Below, piece after piece: positions 40,770-52,149 of a stretch of DNA of 64,000 bases. The notes under the pieces were generated by a model, which was not told the origin of the DNA, did not search any database, and saw nothing but the letters and a program-made list of their open reading frames with translations. Positions within the stretch are counted from its first letter, which is position 1; every line of letters starts with the position of its first letter. The stretch is from assembly GCF_036971445.1 (NCBI RefSeq), contig NC_091477.1:107508001-107572000 (forward strand). The letters are read 5' to 3'. The position numbers and the translations under genes were made by a program. The stretch comes from Narcine bancroftii. Lineage: Eukaryota.

Positions 40770-41175
40770 AGCTTCAGCATCGCCTGATAGTACGAACCTC
40801 GGCTCCTCAACCAGGGTAAATTCACGTCAACATGCTGAGCCCGGCCAGGCCTCTGCCCCTCGCTGCGCACACAGGCCGGGCCGTCTGGGTAACGCCGCAC
40901 CCCTCAACTCCTGCCCTTCGCCTCTCCTTCCTCCTTCGATGGGGCGGTGAACTCCAGCGCTAACATAGGGCCCCCCATCCACATCGAGAGGGTTGAGCCA
41001 TCGCCGAAGCACCAAGTGAATCTGGCCACTCGGCGGAATTCTGGGGCTTGTAGTCCGGTCGCTCCATAATGCACCGACTATTGGGGATTCTGGGAGAGGA
41101 AATTAATCCCTAAAACTACATTTCCCACTATGCACCGCGGCCCAGCCACCCCAACAGTGTTGCGCATGCGGCTTT
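40770..41175 (-). promoter_or_regulatory. Housekeeping-type CpG-rich promoter of the MUL gene: two ZNF143/THAP11 ACTACAnnnCCCA motifs and an NRF1-like site
   Basis: AAACTACATTTCCCACTATGCACCGCG at 41113-41139 (+); GACTACAAGCCCCAGAATTCCGCCG at 41031-41055 (-); TGCGCATGCG at 41161-41170. The first coding exon has an upstream polypyrimidine/AG acceptor, implying a 5' non-coding exon here. Confidence 0.7.
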
Positions 41176-41350
41176 AGACTGGAAGTTTGGAATAGTGCAT
41201 AGGAGTTTGCAATAGGTTACTGCTTTTTGTTTGTTCATTTTTGTTTCGATTCTTTAGATTTTTTGTTTTGTTTTTGTCCATTGATTTAGAAGTCAAAAGT
41301 GAGGAGAGAGTGTTAAAAACAAAGGTGCTGGAAACATTCAGCACGCCAGA

Positions 41351-42402
41351 CAGAAACCTAGTTAATGCATCGCCTTGGAGAGAGAGAAACTTAGTTAATG
41401 CATCGCCTTGTAGGAGAGAGAGAAACTTAGTTAATGCATCGCCTTGGAGAGAGAGAAACCTAGTTAATGCATCGCCTTGGAGAGAGAGAAACTTAGTTAA
41501 TGCATCGCCTTGGAGAGAGAGAAACCTAGTTAATGCATCGCCTTGGAGAGAGAGAAACTTAGTTAATGCATCGCCTTGGAGAGAGAGAAACCTAGTTAAT
41601 GCATCGCCTTGGAGAGAGAGAAACTTAGTTAATGCATCGCCTTGGAGAGAGAGAAACTTAGTTAATGCATCGCCTTGGAGAGAGAGAAACCTAGTTAATG
41701 CATCGCCTTGGAGAGAGAGAAACTTAGTTAATGCATCGCCTTGGAGAGAGAGAAACTTAGTTAATGCATCGCCTTGGAGAGAGAGAAACTTAGTTAATGC
41801 ATCGCCTTGGAGAGAGAGAAACCTAGTTAATGCATCGCCTTGGAGAGAGAGAAACTTAGTTAATGCATCGCCTTGGAGAGAGAGAAATTTAGTTAATGCA
41901 TCGCCTTGGAGAGAGAGAAACTTAGTTAATGCATCGCCTTGGAGAGAGAGAAACCTAGTTAATGCATCGCCTTGGAGAGAGAGAAACTTAGTTAATGCAT
42001 CGCCTTGGAGAGAGAGAAACCTAGTTAATGCATCGCCTTGGAGAGAGAGAAACTTAGTTAATGCATCGCCTTGGAGAGAGAGAAACTTAGTTAATGCATC
42101 GCCTTGGAGAGAGAGAAACCTAGTTAATGCATCGCCTTGGAGAGAGAGAAACTTAGTTAATGCATCGCCTTGGAGAGAGAGAAACTTAGTTAATGCATCG
42201 CCTTGGAGAGAGAGAAACTTAGTTAATGCATCGCCTTGGAGAGAGAGAAACCTAGTTAATGCATCGCCTTGGAGAGAGAGAAACTTAGTTAATGCATCGC
42301 CTTGGAGAGAGAGAAACCTAGTTAATGCATCGCCTTGGAGAGAGAGAAACTTAGTTAATGCATCGCCTTGGAGAGAGAGAAACCTAGTTAATGCATCGCC
42401 TT
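41351..42402. repeat. Minisatellite, 32 x 33 bp (AGAGAGAGAAAC[C/T]TAGTTAATGCATCGCCTTGG)
   Basis: Counted by hand; near-perfect copies, no spacers; produces the spurious 390-aa RERNLVNASPW ORF. Confidence 0.97.
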
Positions 42403-42538
42403 GTAGGGTTTAATGCTTATTTATAGAACTTTATTCAAGGTTTCTTGCATTAGCTGTTTTGTCTTAAAATGTTTGACAGACAGTATTGGAAAAGTTAACT
42501 CCATAAGCAAGTATAAAGAGAAAGAAGGAAAAGGGGAG

Positions 42539-42742
42539 TGTGGTGAAACACTGTAATACAGTCAATGTAATGGTCGGCCCGCCCCGATACTGTAACTCCT
42601 TCCCTTTCAGGATACTCCCTAATCCCCTCCCTCAGTACTGCCTTGGAATCGGGCCAACAGAATGTAAGAGATGCCCGTGTTTATTAGCGATTAAAGCCTA
42701 TAAATAACCTCTGGTCAGTCTGATCTAATTGATAGCGTCTCA
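42539..42742 (+). mobile_element. Probable short solo LTR
   Basis: TGTGGTG...TCA ends, ATTAAA near the 3' end, flanks GGGAG/AGGAG (4 of 5 match); starts like the 45658 LTR. Confidence 0.55.
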
Positions 42743-42999
42743 AGGAGCAAACAAAAAAAAAGAGGAGGATTCTCAGAACCATAAGGGACCATTGAGATGA
42801 CAAATGAGAAAAAGATTAGAGGGTCGTACAGCACAAAACAGCCTCTTTGGCCCCATTTGTCCATGCCGACCAAGTTGGCATTTGGAATAATTCCACATGC
42901 CCGCATTTGGTCCATATCCTAAACTATCCATATCCATAAATCTGTCTTGTCTTTTAAATGTCAAGACAGTACCCGTTTTTACAGTTTCCTCTGATGGCT

Positions 43000-45804
43000 T
43001 AATCAAGATGTGGACCATTGTTCACTCTCAGTTTCCACTGTGTGCATCAAAATTAATGATGTGAGGGTAAATTGCTTAATAGTTAATGGAAGCACTGAAA
43101 GTTTTATTGACCGGGGTTAGTCAACTGCCTTGCCCTCCCCACATGCCCAAGTGAGCACCAGATCCTGTTAGCAGCCAGCAGCCTTGCAGCTGAGGTAAAA
43201 CAGTTTTGCAGGGTTACTCTAGAAATACAGGGCACAAAATCGAAGGGTTCAAATTACTAGTACTCCCTCACCTCTGTGCCCCAGTACTATTGGGGTTAGA
43301 TTTTCAGTGCCAGTTAGAAAGCATTACAATAGTGCACAACGGGCCTCACCCCCCACTACGCCTTACGAAGAAACAACACTGCAGCCTGTCTGTCCTGAAC
43401 ATAGAATCCCCTCCACTGTTCACACATCTGACCCCAGAATGCACACCAATAGCCACAAAGAGCAGGAGGTGCAGCCCGAGGGATAGAGCCTTCATTAGGA
43501 AAGAGGTCCGCAGGCTACTACAGGAGGGCATCATAGAGCAGAGCACCAGCCCCTGGAGAGCCCAGGTGGTTGTAGTAAAGTCAGGAGAAAAACTGCGCAT
43601 AGTAGTGGATTACAGCCAGACAATCAACAAATTTACACAGCTAGATGCCTGCACCCTGCCACGCATAGCAGACATGGTCAACAACATTGCGCAGTATAAG
43701 GTGTTCTCCACCATAGACCTGAAGGCAGTATACCACCAACTGCCCATTAGAAACAGCGATCGCATTTACACGGCATTTGAGGCAGACGGCAGGCTGTATC
43801 AATTTCTGCGACTTCCCTTCGGTGTCATCAATGGAGTGTCCCTGTTTCAGAGAGAAATAGACCGAATAGTAGATGAGTTCCAACTGAAAGCAGTGTTCCC
43901 CTCCTTAGACAACGTGACAATCTATGGCCACACTCAGGAAGATCATGACACGAATTTAAAATGCTTCTTCCAGGTAGCCGAGGAATGGAACCTAACATTC
44001 AACAGGGACAAAAGCATCTTTAGCGCCAGGAAGTTGCCAATCCTGGGCTACATAGTGCAGAACAGGGAAATCTGTCCAGACCCAGCCCATACTACAGGGG
44101 TCAGAAGTAAGACACTCAGCAATAGAGAAGGAGGACCTAGCCATTGTGGAAGCAGTAAGGCACTGGCGACATTATCTGGCGTCCAAACACTTCACCCTTG
44201 TCACGGACCAACAGTCTGTGGCTTTTATGTTCGATAACCAGAACAGGGGAGAACTAAGAATGACAAAATCCTGCGCTGGCGGATAGAATTGTCTACATTT
44301 AACTATGACATTCTATGCCACCCCGGGAGACTCAACTGGCCCCCAGATGCGCAGTCCAGAGTCACTTGTGCCATCCTTAACCACACGTCCCAGTTGCAGA
44401 GCTTGCACAATGAGCTGGGCCACCCAGGGGGAGGGGGAGGGGGTCGCTAGACTGTTTCACTTCATTAAAACACAAAACCTCCCATTTTCGGTAGAGGGTC
44501 AGTGAACAAGAGCTGCCCCATCTGTGCTGAATGCAAACAGCAATTTTATCGGCCAGACAAAGCCACCCTGATAAAAGCTACCAAACCTTTTGAGCATCTC
44601 AGCCTCAATTTTAAAGGCCCGCTCCCATCCAATAATAGAAATGTCTATTTCTTAAACGTAATAGATGAATATTCCCATTTCCCCTTCGCAATCCCGTGTT
44701 CTGATGTATCAGCAACCACTGTTATAAAATGCCTCCAACCCATCTTCAGCATATTTGGGTTCCCGAACTACATACACACAGACAGGGGAGCTGCATTCAT
44801 GAGCACAGAAGTACAGCAGTACCTGTACGAGAGAGGGATTGCTACCAGCCACACTACAAGTTACAATCCCGGGGGAATGGACAAGTCGAAAGGGAAAATG
44901 CCACTATCTGGAAAACGGTCCTCTTGACTTTAAAAGCAAAAGACTTGCCTGTTACTAGTTGGCAAGAAGTGTTGCCAGAACTCCTACATGCTATACGTTC
45001 TTTTTTGTGTACTGCCACTAACATGATCCCACATGTACGTATCTTTTCTTTCACAAGAAAACCCACGACGGGCACAGTGCTGCCTAAGTGGATGATGACA
45101 CCAGAACCTGTTCTCCGGAAGCACTGCAGACCCCCGCTGGTGGATCAAGTGGAGTTGAGGCACGCAAACCCTCAGTACGCCTTCGTCACATTCCCAGATG
45201 GAAGAGAAGAGTCGGTGGCCACCAGGGATCTTGCGCCGGCCGGATGTGCGAACACGGAGGAAACACAGACGTCTACAGATCAACAAGGAGCGCAGCAGCA
45301 GTCACTAGAACAGTTGTCCATCGAGTCACCCCAGAGGACTAGACCACCCACCCCGGAAATCAGGACCCTGGGTACGCCTGTCCCACAAAATATCACCACC
45401 CTAGACTTGATGGCAGGACCTAATCCCATACAAGAGGATCCCCAGCCCACATGGCCACATGACCAACCAGTACTTCCCACTCCCACACCTCCACCAAGAA
45501 ACGCCAAAAGGCAGACTGCACTCTCCACCCCTATACCACTACAGAGGAGGTCCAGAAGGCAATGGAAGCCACGAAAAATTTTGGACTTATGAACTTACAA
45601 ACAAGGGAAGGAGGACGGGGGTGGGGAGGGGATAACAATTTTTTAAGGGGGGGTGAATGTGGTGATATATAATCAAACAGTCCAGAGCTACTGTCTAGCC
45701 TTCCAGGTTTGTCTTGCAGAAAGATAAGACCTCTTAGTGTACATATTAGTTTATTAAAGCTGTCTTATACTCGCACTGCCGTTGTGGTTATTGTCAGTAC
45801 AACA
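43000..45804 (+). mobile_element. Degenerate Ty3/Gypsy LTR retrotransposon (protease-RT-partial RNase H-integrase, PPT, 3' LTR)
   Basis: Protease-like CLIVNGSTESFID; RT SPWRAQVVVV, IDLKAVYHQ, LPFG, SLDN; integrase FKGPLP, VIDEYS, HTDRGAAF, GNGQVER; polypurine tract ~45645-45657, then LTR TGTGG...AACA 45658-45804 with ATTAAA; frameshifts and an internal deletion near 44090. Confidence 0.92.
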
Positions 45805-46429
45805 ATATGCCTTTCTGCAAACAGCAGCCATTATAAATTTCCATCATGGCAGGGAGAGAGACCCCAGTGATCCCTTCAGCAGTCTTTACTATCCACGGCA
45901 GGAACGTGTGTTCTGGGATGGTACAGTTCCCGAACCAGGTGGTGATGAAGTTAGGGTGGTGATGTAGTGAGGGTGGAGGGTGGAAACTGAACTTTCCTCA
46001 ACCTCTGCAGGAAGTAATGATGTTGTTGGGCCTTTCTAGCAATGGAGCTGGTGTAGGGGGACCAGGAGAGATTCTCCGCTAGGTGCACCCCAAGGAATTT
46101 GGTACTCTTGACTACCTCAACGGTGTAAGTAGTCAAGAGCACCAAGGTGCTTAAGTGGAATGTGAGTTTGGGGGGCAGTTTGAATGCTACTGGTCTAAAA
46201 AATTTAAAAAATAAGGTGGCCCAGGATGAATTTCAAAAATAAAATAGAATATGCCCCAGTAGAACATAGTGTCTAACAATAAATTGCACTGTTTGTGGAT
46301 TGTCCTTTTTAATTTCAATATTAGATATCGCTGCTATTTTGAACAACTACTAGACCAATTGTTGAAATGTTGCTCGTTGAAGAAAACATTTACCACAGTT
46401 AAAAAATAACATTTAACTCAGTTGATTAA

Positions 46430-46560
46430 ATATGGTGGAACCAAAAAAAATTGGAAAATAGCACAGGAGTGTTGAAAATTTCAGACATGGGAAAATGAAT
46501 ACTTTTTCACAGAAGTCAAGGGGAAGTGTGTTTTTTTGATTTGCAAGGATTCAGTTAATT
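46430..46560 (+). mobile_element. hAT (SPIN/Charlie-group) transposase N-terminal fragment
   Basis: Translates to WENEYFFTEVKGKCVFLICKDSV, resembling the W...YFF......CLIC start of SPIN/GTF2IRD2-type transposases. Confidence 0.55.
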
Positions 46561-47089
46561 TTAATAACTATCTACTGATTTACACATTTCATCATAATAA
46601 TTAAGGTGGAAACTTGGACCATGATCTGTTTTCACAGAGTTGTGGAGGAATATTGGAATGAAATGCCTACTGTAATATGTGAGCAAACCAATAAACTACT
46701 GTAACATCAACAGTTAAACTGTTCAGCAATGTTCCCTCTAATTTTTAGTAGTCAGTATACACAAAAATCTTATGTTGTGCAATTTTTTTTCCTGTGTGCA
46801 GACTGAATGCTTGTGCAAAGGTAAAATTGAAATTGTTTCAAAATAATTTTGGCACAGCCCATCTCTCATGGTTAATAAAACGGTATTAGCATGTTTTAAT
46901 ATAATACTAATACAATTAACTACTTGTTTAACTGACTGACTAGTTTGCAGAAACAGTTAGCTAAGAAATTATTTTCAATAAGTATAATAATTAATTGCTA
47001 CATTATTTTAGGTACTGTAACACTTTTTGTGCGCACCTTAATTTTCTTTGTGTGCTAGTTGCAAAATGTGTGTGCACATAATTATAGGT

Positions 47090-47450
47090 GGACAGCTCAA
47101 TTCTCCACCTCATGATCTTGTCATTTTGATTTTCCCCCACTGTTTATTATTAAACATAAAAGCAAGCCATGGCTCTCTGGTCTGTCAGCAGGGTGAAAGG
47201 TCTGCCAGCCAAATAGTGCCTCCAGTGGTGCACGGGCTTCACTATGCCTGTGGCTCCTTCTCAACGGCGGAGTGCCTGAGTTTGGGGACCTGAAAGGTTC
47301 GGGAGAAAAATGCCACTGGCCCGTCTGCTTGGTTCAGCATGGCAGCCAGGGCGCAGTCGGAGACGTCGGTCTCTACTTTAAGCAGCATGGATTCATCAAC
47401 GGCATGCATTGCTGCCTTGGCAATCATGGCCTTGAAAGCTTTACGGGTAA
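47090..47450 (-). mobile_element. Gypsy RNase H fragment (related family)
   Basis: VETDVSDCALAAMLNQADGPVAFFSRT...HSAVEKE...HWRHYLAGRPFTLLTDQ. Confidence 0.85.
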
Positions 47451-47854
47451 GATTGAATAGATACATCTGAAATAAAAAAATGTTGCAGATGGTAGAAATA
47501 TAAAATGGGAATGTGTGCTGTTCTCTGAATGCTTGGCTTTAGATCCAAAACACGTATTCCTTCAAAATAATCTGATGAGTATATTGAGCATTTCATAATC
47601 TTTTATTCATAATGATCAAGTCAGGATAAATGTACTTTTCAATATTTTAAAAATATAATTGAATAAAAAAATGTTTGGCTTCTCACATCCATTTATTTTG
47701 ATTTTTTAATATTTTTTTCTATGATAATTAAAAGAGCAGACATTGGAATTTAGCAGCTAAACAAACAAAGTTGTGCCGGCATTGTTTTAGTTATATTTTG
47801 AGCAAAATCTTGTTTCCAACCACACAGCATTGATCAATGAGAGGTGATATTACA

Positions 47855-49025
47855 TAGAACACAGTATAGTAAAGAACATGCCCATTGGCCCATGTGGCAG
47901 TTCCAAATATGATGTCTAAATCAAACTAAACTCTGCTACTTGGATGATAGATATCCCTTAATTCCTTTCATAAACCGGTGTAAATCTAAAGCCGTTTAAA
48001 TGCTACTATTGTAACTGCTTCCACTAGTACCTGTACTACTGCCAGCCTGTTCCAGGCAACAACCATTATGTGTAAATATGTGCCCCGCTCAACTCCCTTA
48101 AACTTACTCCCCCTCATCTTAACCATGTGTGTGACACTTACGCTATGGGGAAAAGATTCTGACTGTCCATTTTATCAATATTCCTCATGATTTTATACAT
48201 CTCTATCATGCCTCTCCTCAGCCTCCTATGCTTCAGAGAAAACAATTGAACTTTATCCAATCTCTCGCCATAACTCATACCCCGTAAACCAAGCAACATC
48301 TTGGTAAACCTCTTTTGCATCTTTTCCAAAGTCTCTACTTCCTTCCTGTAATGGGACGACCAGAATTGCGCACAGTATTCCAAGAGTGGCCTATCCAAAA
48401 TTTTATATAGCTGCAATATAATTTCCTTACTTTTATGCTCAATGTCTTGCCTACCATATGCCTTTCTTTGTTTGGGCCCTTTTAATGAGCAATGATCCTG
48501 GGCCCTCAGATCCTCCTGCACATTAGTACTTACTCCCATTAACTGTAAAGCACAAATATCTCACATTTGTCCAGATTAAATTCATCTGCCATTTCTCTGC
48601 CTATATATGAAACCCATCTATATCCTGTTGTATTCTTTAATAACTCTTGGTATCAGCTGTAAATTTACTAACCCACCTCCTTTTTTTTCATCTAAGTCAT
48701 CTATATAGATCACGAACAACAGGAGTCTCAACACCATTGGTCATAGACCTTCAACCTGAATAACAGTCTTCTACCATCAACCTCTGTCTTCTAATAGCTA
48801 GCCTTTTTTTTAATGTCCATGCTATTAACTTACCATGGATCCCATACATCAGCACATTCTGAATCTGTGTACCATTATAGACCTTGTCAAACACTTTACT
48901 GAAGTCCATAAATTGTGGACTACATCCACTGCTCTACTCACATCAACCATTTTTGTCACCTCCTCAATCTCAATTAAATTAGTAAGACATAACCTGCCCC
49001 TCACAAAACCATGTTGACTCACCAT
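47855..49025 (-). mobile_element. Degenerate CR1 LINE (RT C-terminal half and 3' UTR)
   Basis: QHGFVRGRLCLTNLIE; LYKILDRPLLEYCAQFWSSHYRKEVETLEKMQKRFTKM...RRLRRGMIEMYKIM. Confidence 0.88.
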
Positions 49026-49357
49026 GCGTTTTGTACCAGGTTTGAGATCTTGATCTTCAAACACCCCTCTCCTATATTAACCAAAGCCAGTGCTCCTGAG
49101 ATATTGAAAGTGGTACACATTTTGAGGGAGTAATGGAAAAAGGATAAATCTATTTTGCTGCAATTCCAGAATCAATGTTGCCACAACCTCAGCAGGCAAT
49201 TATAGTACACAGGTGAAATTTGTATCAGTGCAAATTCAGAATGCAGGCTTCAAGCCATTGACATTTTGTCCATGAGAGGATGTCTTACAGTCAACATCTG
49301 CAAAATGAATTGCCCTTGTGTACAAAACTGACCTCTGACAAGTCTCACTATGTCTCA

Positions 49358-49702
49358 TGTTACAGAGTTCTGTGTTGTGCATTGGCCTATGTGTTGTGTG
49401 GTTTTGTGTTGGAATGTGACAGGTTGCCTTAGACAGCCAAGGTGAAGGTGGACTGCTGAGAGAATGGGAGACAGACTGGGCAAGTGCAGAAGATCTAGAA
49501 ATTTCTGGACTTGAAAGACAGTCCACCACTGCGTGTGGCTGTGAAGTGGAAGGAGGCCCAACCAGAGTCATTGTCTGGGAGGCAGTTTAGAATGTTGGGC
49601 ATTTTAAAAGGTATGAACATTCCGAAGGCAGCCAGAAGGATCTGGACCAGGCCATTGTTCCTCTCTCTGCAAGCAACACAAGATTACAACTTCGAATTTT
49701 GT

Positions 49703-49737
<35 letters not shown>

Positions 49738-49996
49738 GTTGTGTTTGTTTTGTGTCTAAGTTTTTCTGTGGGGTGGTTGGAAATATAACTTAGACTTTAA
49801 TATGTTATATTTAGGCTGGGGAATTTATTAGTTTTATACTGTTATAGAAATTTGCATAGTAACCAGTGGGCATTGTTATAAAAGGGGGGAATTTTGAATT
49901 AAAGTTTGAAAGTGAATTTTTGTTAATAAAGTAATTGTTCATCTTTACCCCTGTGTGACATGCCTTCTTTGTGGTTGCTGGATGAATCTTGTAACA
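49358..49996 (+). mobile_element. Solo LTR with 4-bp TSD
   Basis: Terminal inverted TGTTACA...TGTAACA, TSD CTCA on both sides, AATAAA ~70 bp from the 3' end, internal (CT)n. Confidence 0.85.
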
Positions 49997-50435
49997 CTCA
50001 AAATAAGCAAGTACTTTTCTCACTTCTGGAAGTGATGACGCATGAACAAACAATGACACCCAAATTAATTAAGCATGTATCAGACTGCATGGGCTGCAGT
50101 GCAGTGAGAATCCATTGCCAGACCACTTTCTGAGGCAAATACAATTCAGTTTGATGATTGGACACTTTTACTGAAATGTTTTCAGATTGCTTAATTTTAT
50201 CATCCTAACTGCTGAAAAGAATTCAGAAAGAAAGAAGAAATGCTTATGCTTTATTATGGTGATTTGTTGCAGTTCTTTTTCAAGATATCATGTTGCAATT
50301 ATGCAATTTTTTTTATGAACTTGAGCAGTAACCTACCAGCAGAATTTTTCATTATGTTCGCTGCCTACCATTTGGAAGACACAGAATTTCTATCTAAAAT
50401 TTATTTGATGATATAATTTTGTAAGCATTATTAAT

Positions 50436-50760
50436 TTAGAAGCTGCAGATACCCAATCTACAGGCTTCACAGAGTGATACTTCATGAGGTTTCGTCTTCC
50501 GAGGGATCAGAGGTCTCGAATTTTCATTCACATTATTTTTATGGTAGCAATTTTTGAGGATTTTTTCTACAAGTCTGTCAAACACTTGGTTTATTTGGGT
50601 TGAATCAACTTGAGGTTTTAACATTGTAGGGTTTCCGCATTCTCGGCATTGCTGTCGGAAGAGACGAAGCAAAACTAATCCTTTCTTTTTCAGTCGGTAA
50701 TGAAACAACAGAATGGTGCGGGCTGAAGACCATGAATTTGAGCAGCAAGGGCAGTTAAAT
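50436..50760 (-). CDS. Receptor-transporting protein family (zf-3CxxC), coding exon 2
   Basis: Strong acceptor TTTCCTTCTATCTTCAACAG| at 50761; (R)FNCPCCSNSWSSARTILLFHYRL...LRLFRQQCRECG...KILKNCY...PHEVSLCEACRLGICSF-stop. Three CxxC pairs plus His; joined CDS 495 nt = 164 aa; AATAAA at 50250-50255. Confidence 0.9.
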
Positions 50761-51514
50761 CTGTTGAAGATAGAAGGAAATAGTTAATGTTGTTAAGACC
50801 TTGTAATTTCTTGGTTGGAACAGTCTGTGCCTGAGTGTATTAAGAACATTTTCAAGTTTACTACCATCTGATTGTACATATACAACCTGACAAAACAGCA
50901 TCTCTCCAGAGCATGGGACACACACAAAAACACACATTACCCAGTACACAACAATCACAACAAACATATTGTTAGGTAGATGGCCGAATCCATAGTGGGG
51001 TTCTGGAGCCACATTTCTGTAATTGACAATTATTACCAGAGTTCAGCGGGGCCCTTCATTTGCCTTGGTTCAGATGGAGCTGCAGGAAATCCACCTCATT
51101 TTGCAGAGATGGTACATTTGCAAGTAAAATAATCAGGGGGAAGGGGGTGGCCCTGGATGGTTTCGCTTTGAGTCTTGCACAAATGCTGGCACGCTTAGCA
51201 TGGTTCTACATCCTTGCTCTCTGTTTATGATTATCTCTTTCTTGAATTGTACACAATTTCTGATTGCCTATTTTCCAAGTTTTAGTGGCAGGCTTCAGCT
51301 TGGTGTTGGGGATCTTTGCCTTCATTAAGTAATATTTTCACAGTATCTTCACGATTTTGTCCTCTAGCTTAGTAGTCCTAGGGGTTTTAGTGTTCCACAC
51401 ATTTAGCAGTGTTATCCGATTATAGACAAGGTGAACATAGGATGAGCTCAGATCTGTACAATATGCATCTAACCATCAAGTAAAAGATCTGAAGCTGGAT
51501 TTAAAAAAAAATAA

Positions 51515-52109
51515 CATTCGACAACAAAAACTTTTCTTCCTGAACACTTTTGGATGTATTTTATGGACTTTTGGCTGCTGATCATGAAAATCAACTTACA
51601 TGTTTCCTATCACATGCTATTTTTAGATATAATGTATTTTTTGTGATTATCACCATATTTTAAATTTCAATATTCTACTAGAATATTGCCCACAAAGCAA
51701 GCTGTTTTGGTCAGTCCGAGTATGCCTGGCCATGCACTCATGCTGCTGATCTTGGTTCAGTCAGTGACGAACATGGTGAAAGGTTTCACATTTGTGACCA
51801 TGGAAAAGTAGTGTCAGGGCAACTGGAATCTATCAATGCTGGCCCACTATTGTTGGACACTGACATGAGAGGCATCAGATGCTGAGTACAAATGGAAATT
51901 TGTGGCAAAACATTTTATGTCAGATGAATTAGAACAATGTGTCAGCATCATTATGTGATTAAACATGCTAAATTCAATAAAAGTTAATTTAATGTTTTCC
52001 TACGTGATACAGCAAACCTGAAATTATCTTTGTGTTCAACTTAAAGTTGCCTATCATAATCCCCATTCTTTTTCAGGAAGTTAACCTTTTGAAATAAATT
52101 GTCCAGTTG
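51515..52109 (+). mobile_element. Internally deleted DNA transposon, probably CMC/Chapaev3-like
   Basis: Transposase C-terminal remnant LGSVSDEHGERFH...TMEK..QGNWNLSMLAHYCWTL; imperfect termini CATTCGACAA / TTGTCCAGTTG; family assignment from memory. Confidence 0.55.
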
Positions 52110-52149
52110 TGTGAGGAGGGAAAAGTTTGATGGGGTCAAAGAGCAACGA

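Noticed and set aside
39902-40900. Pro-rich and Gly/Glu/Arg-rich ORFs of 83-305 aa
   Set aside because: Artefacts of the C-rich low-complexity tract and N gaps
41241-42413. 390-aa repetitive ORF, or a CRISPR-like array
   Set aside because: Head-to-tail 33-bp units with no unique spacers and no cas genes; the ORF has a non-ATG start and exists only because the unit is a stop-free multiple of 3
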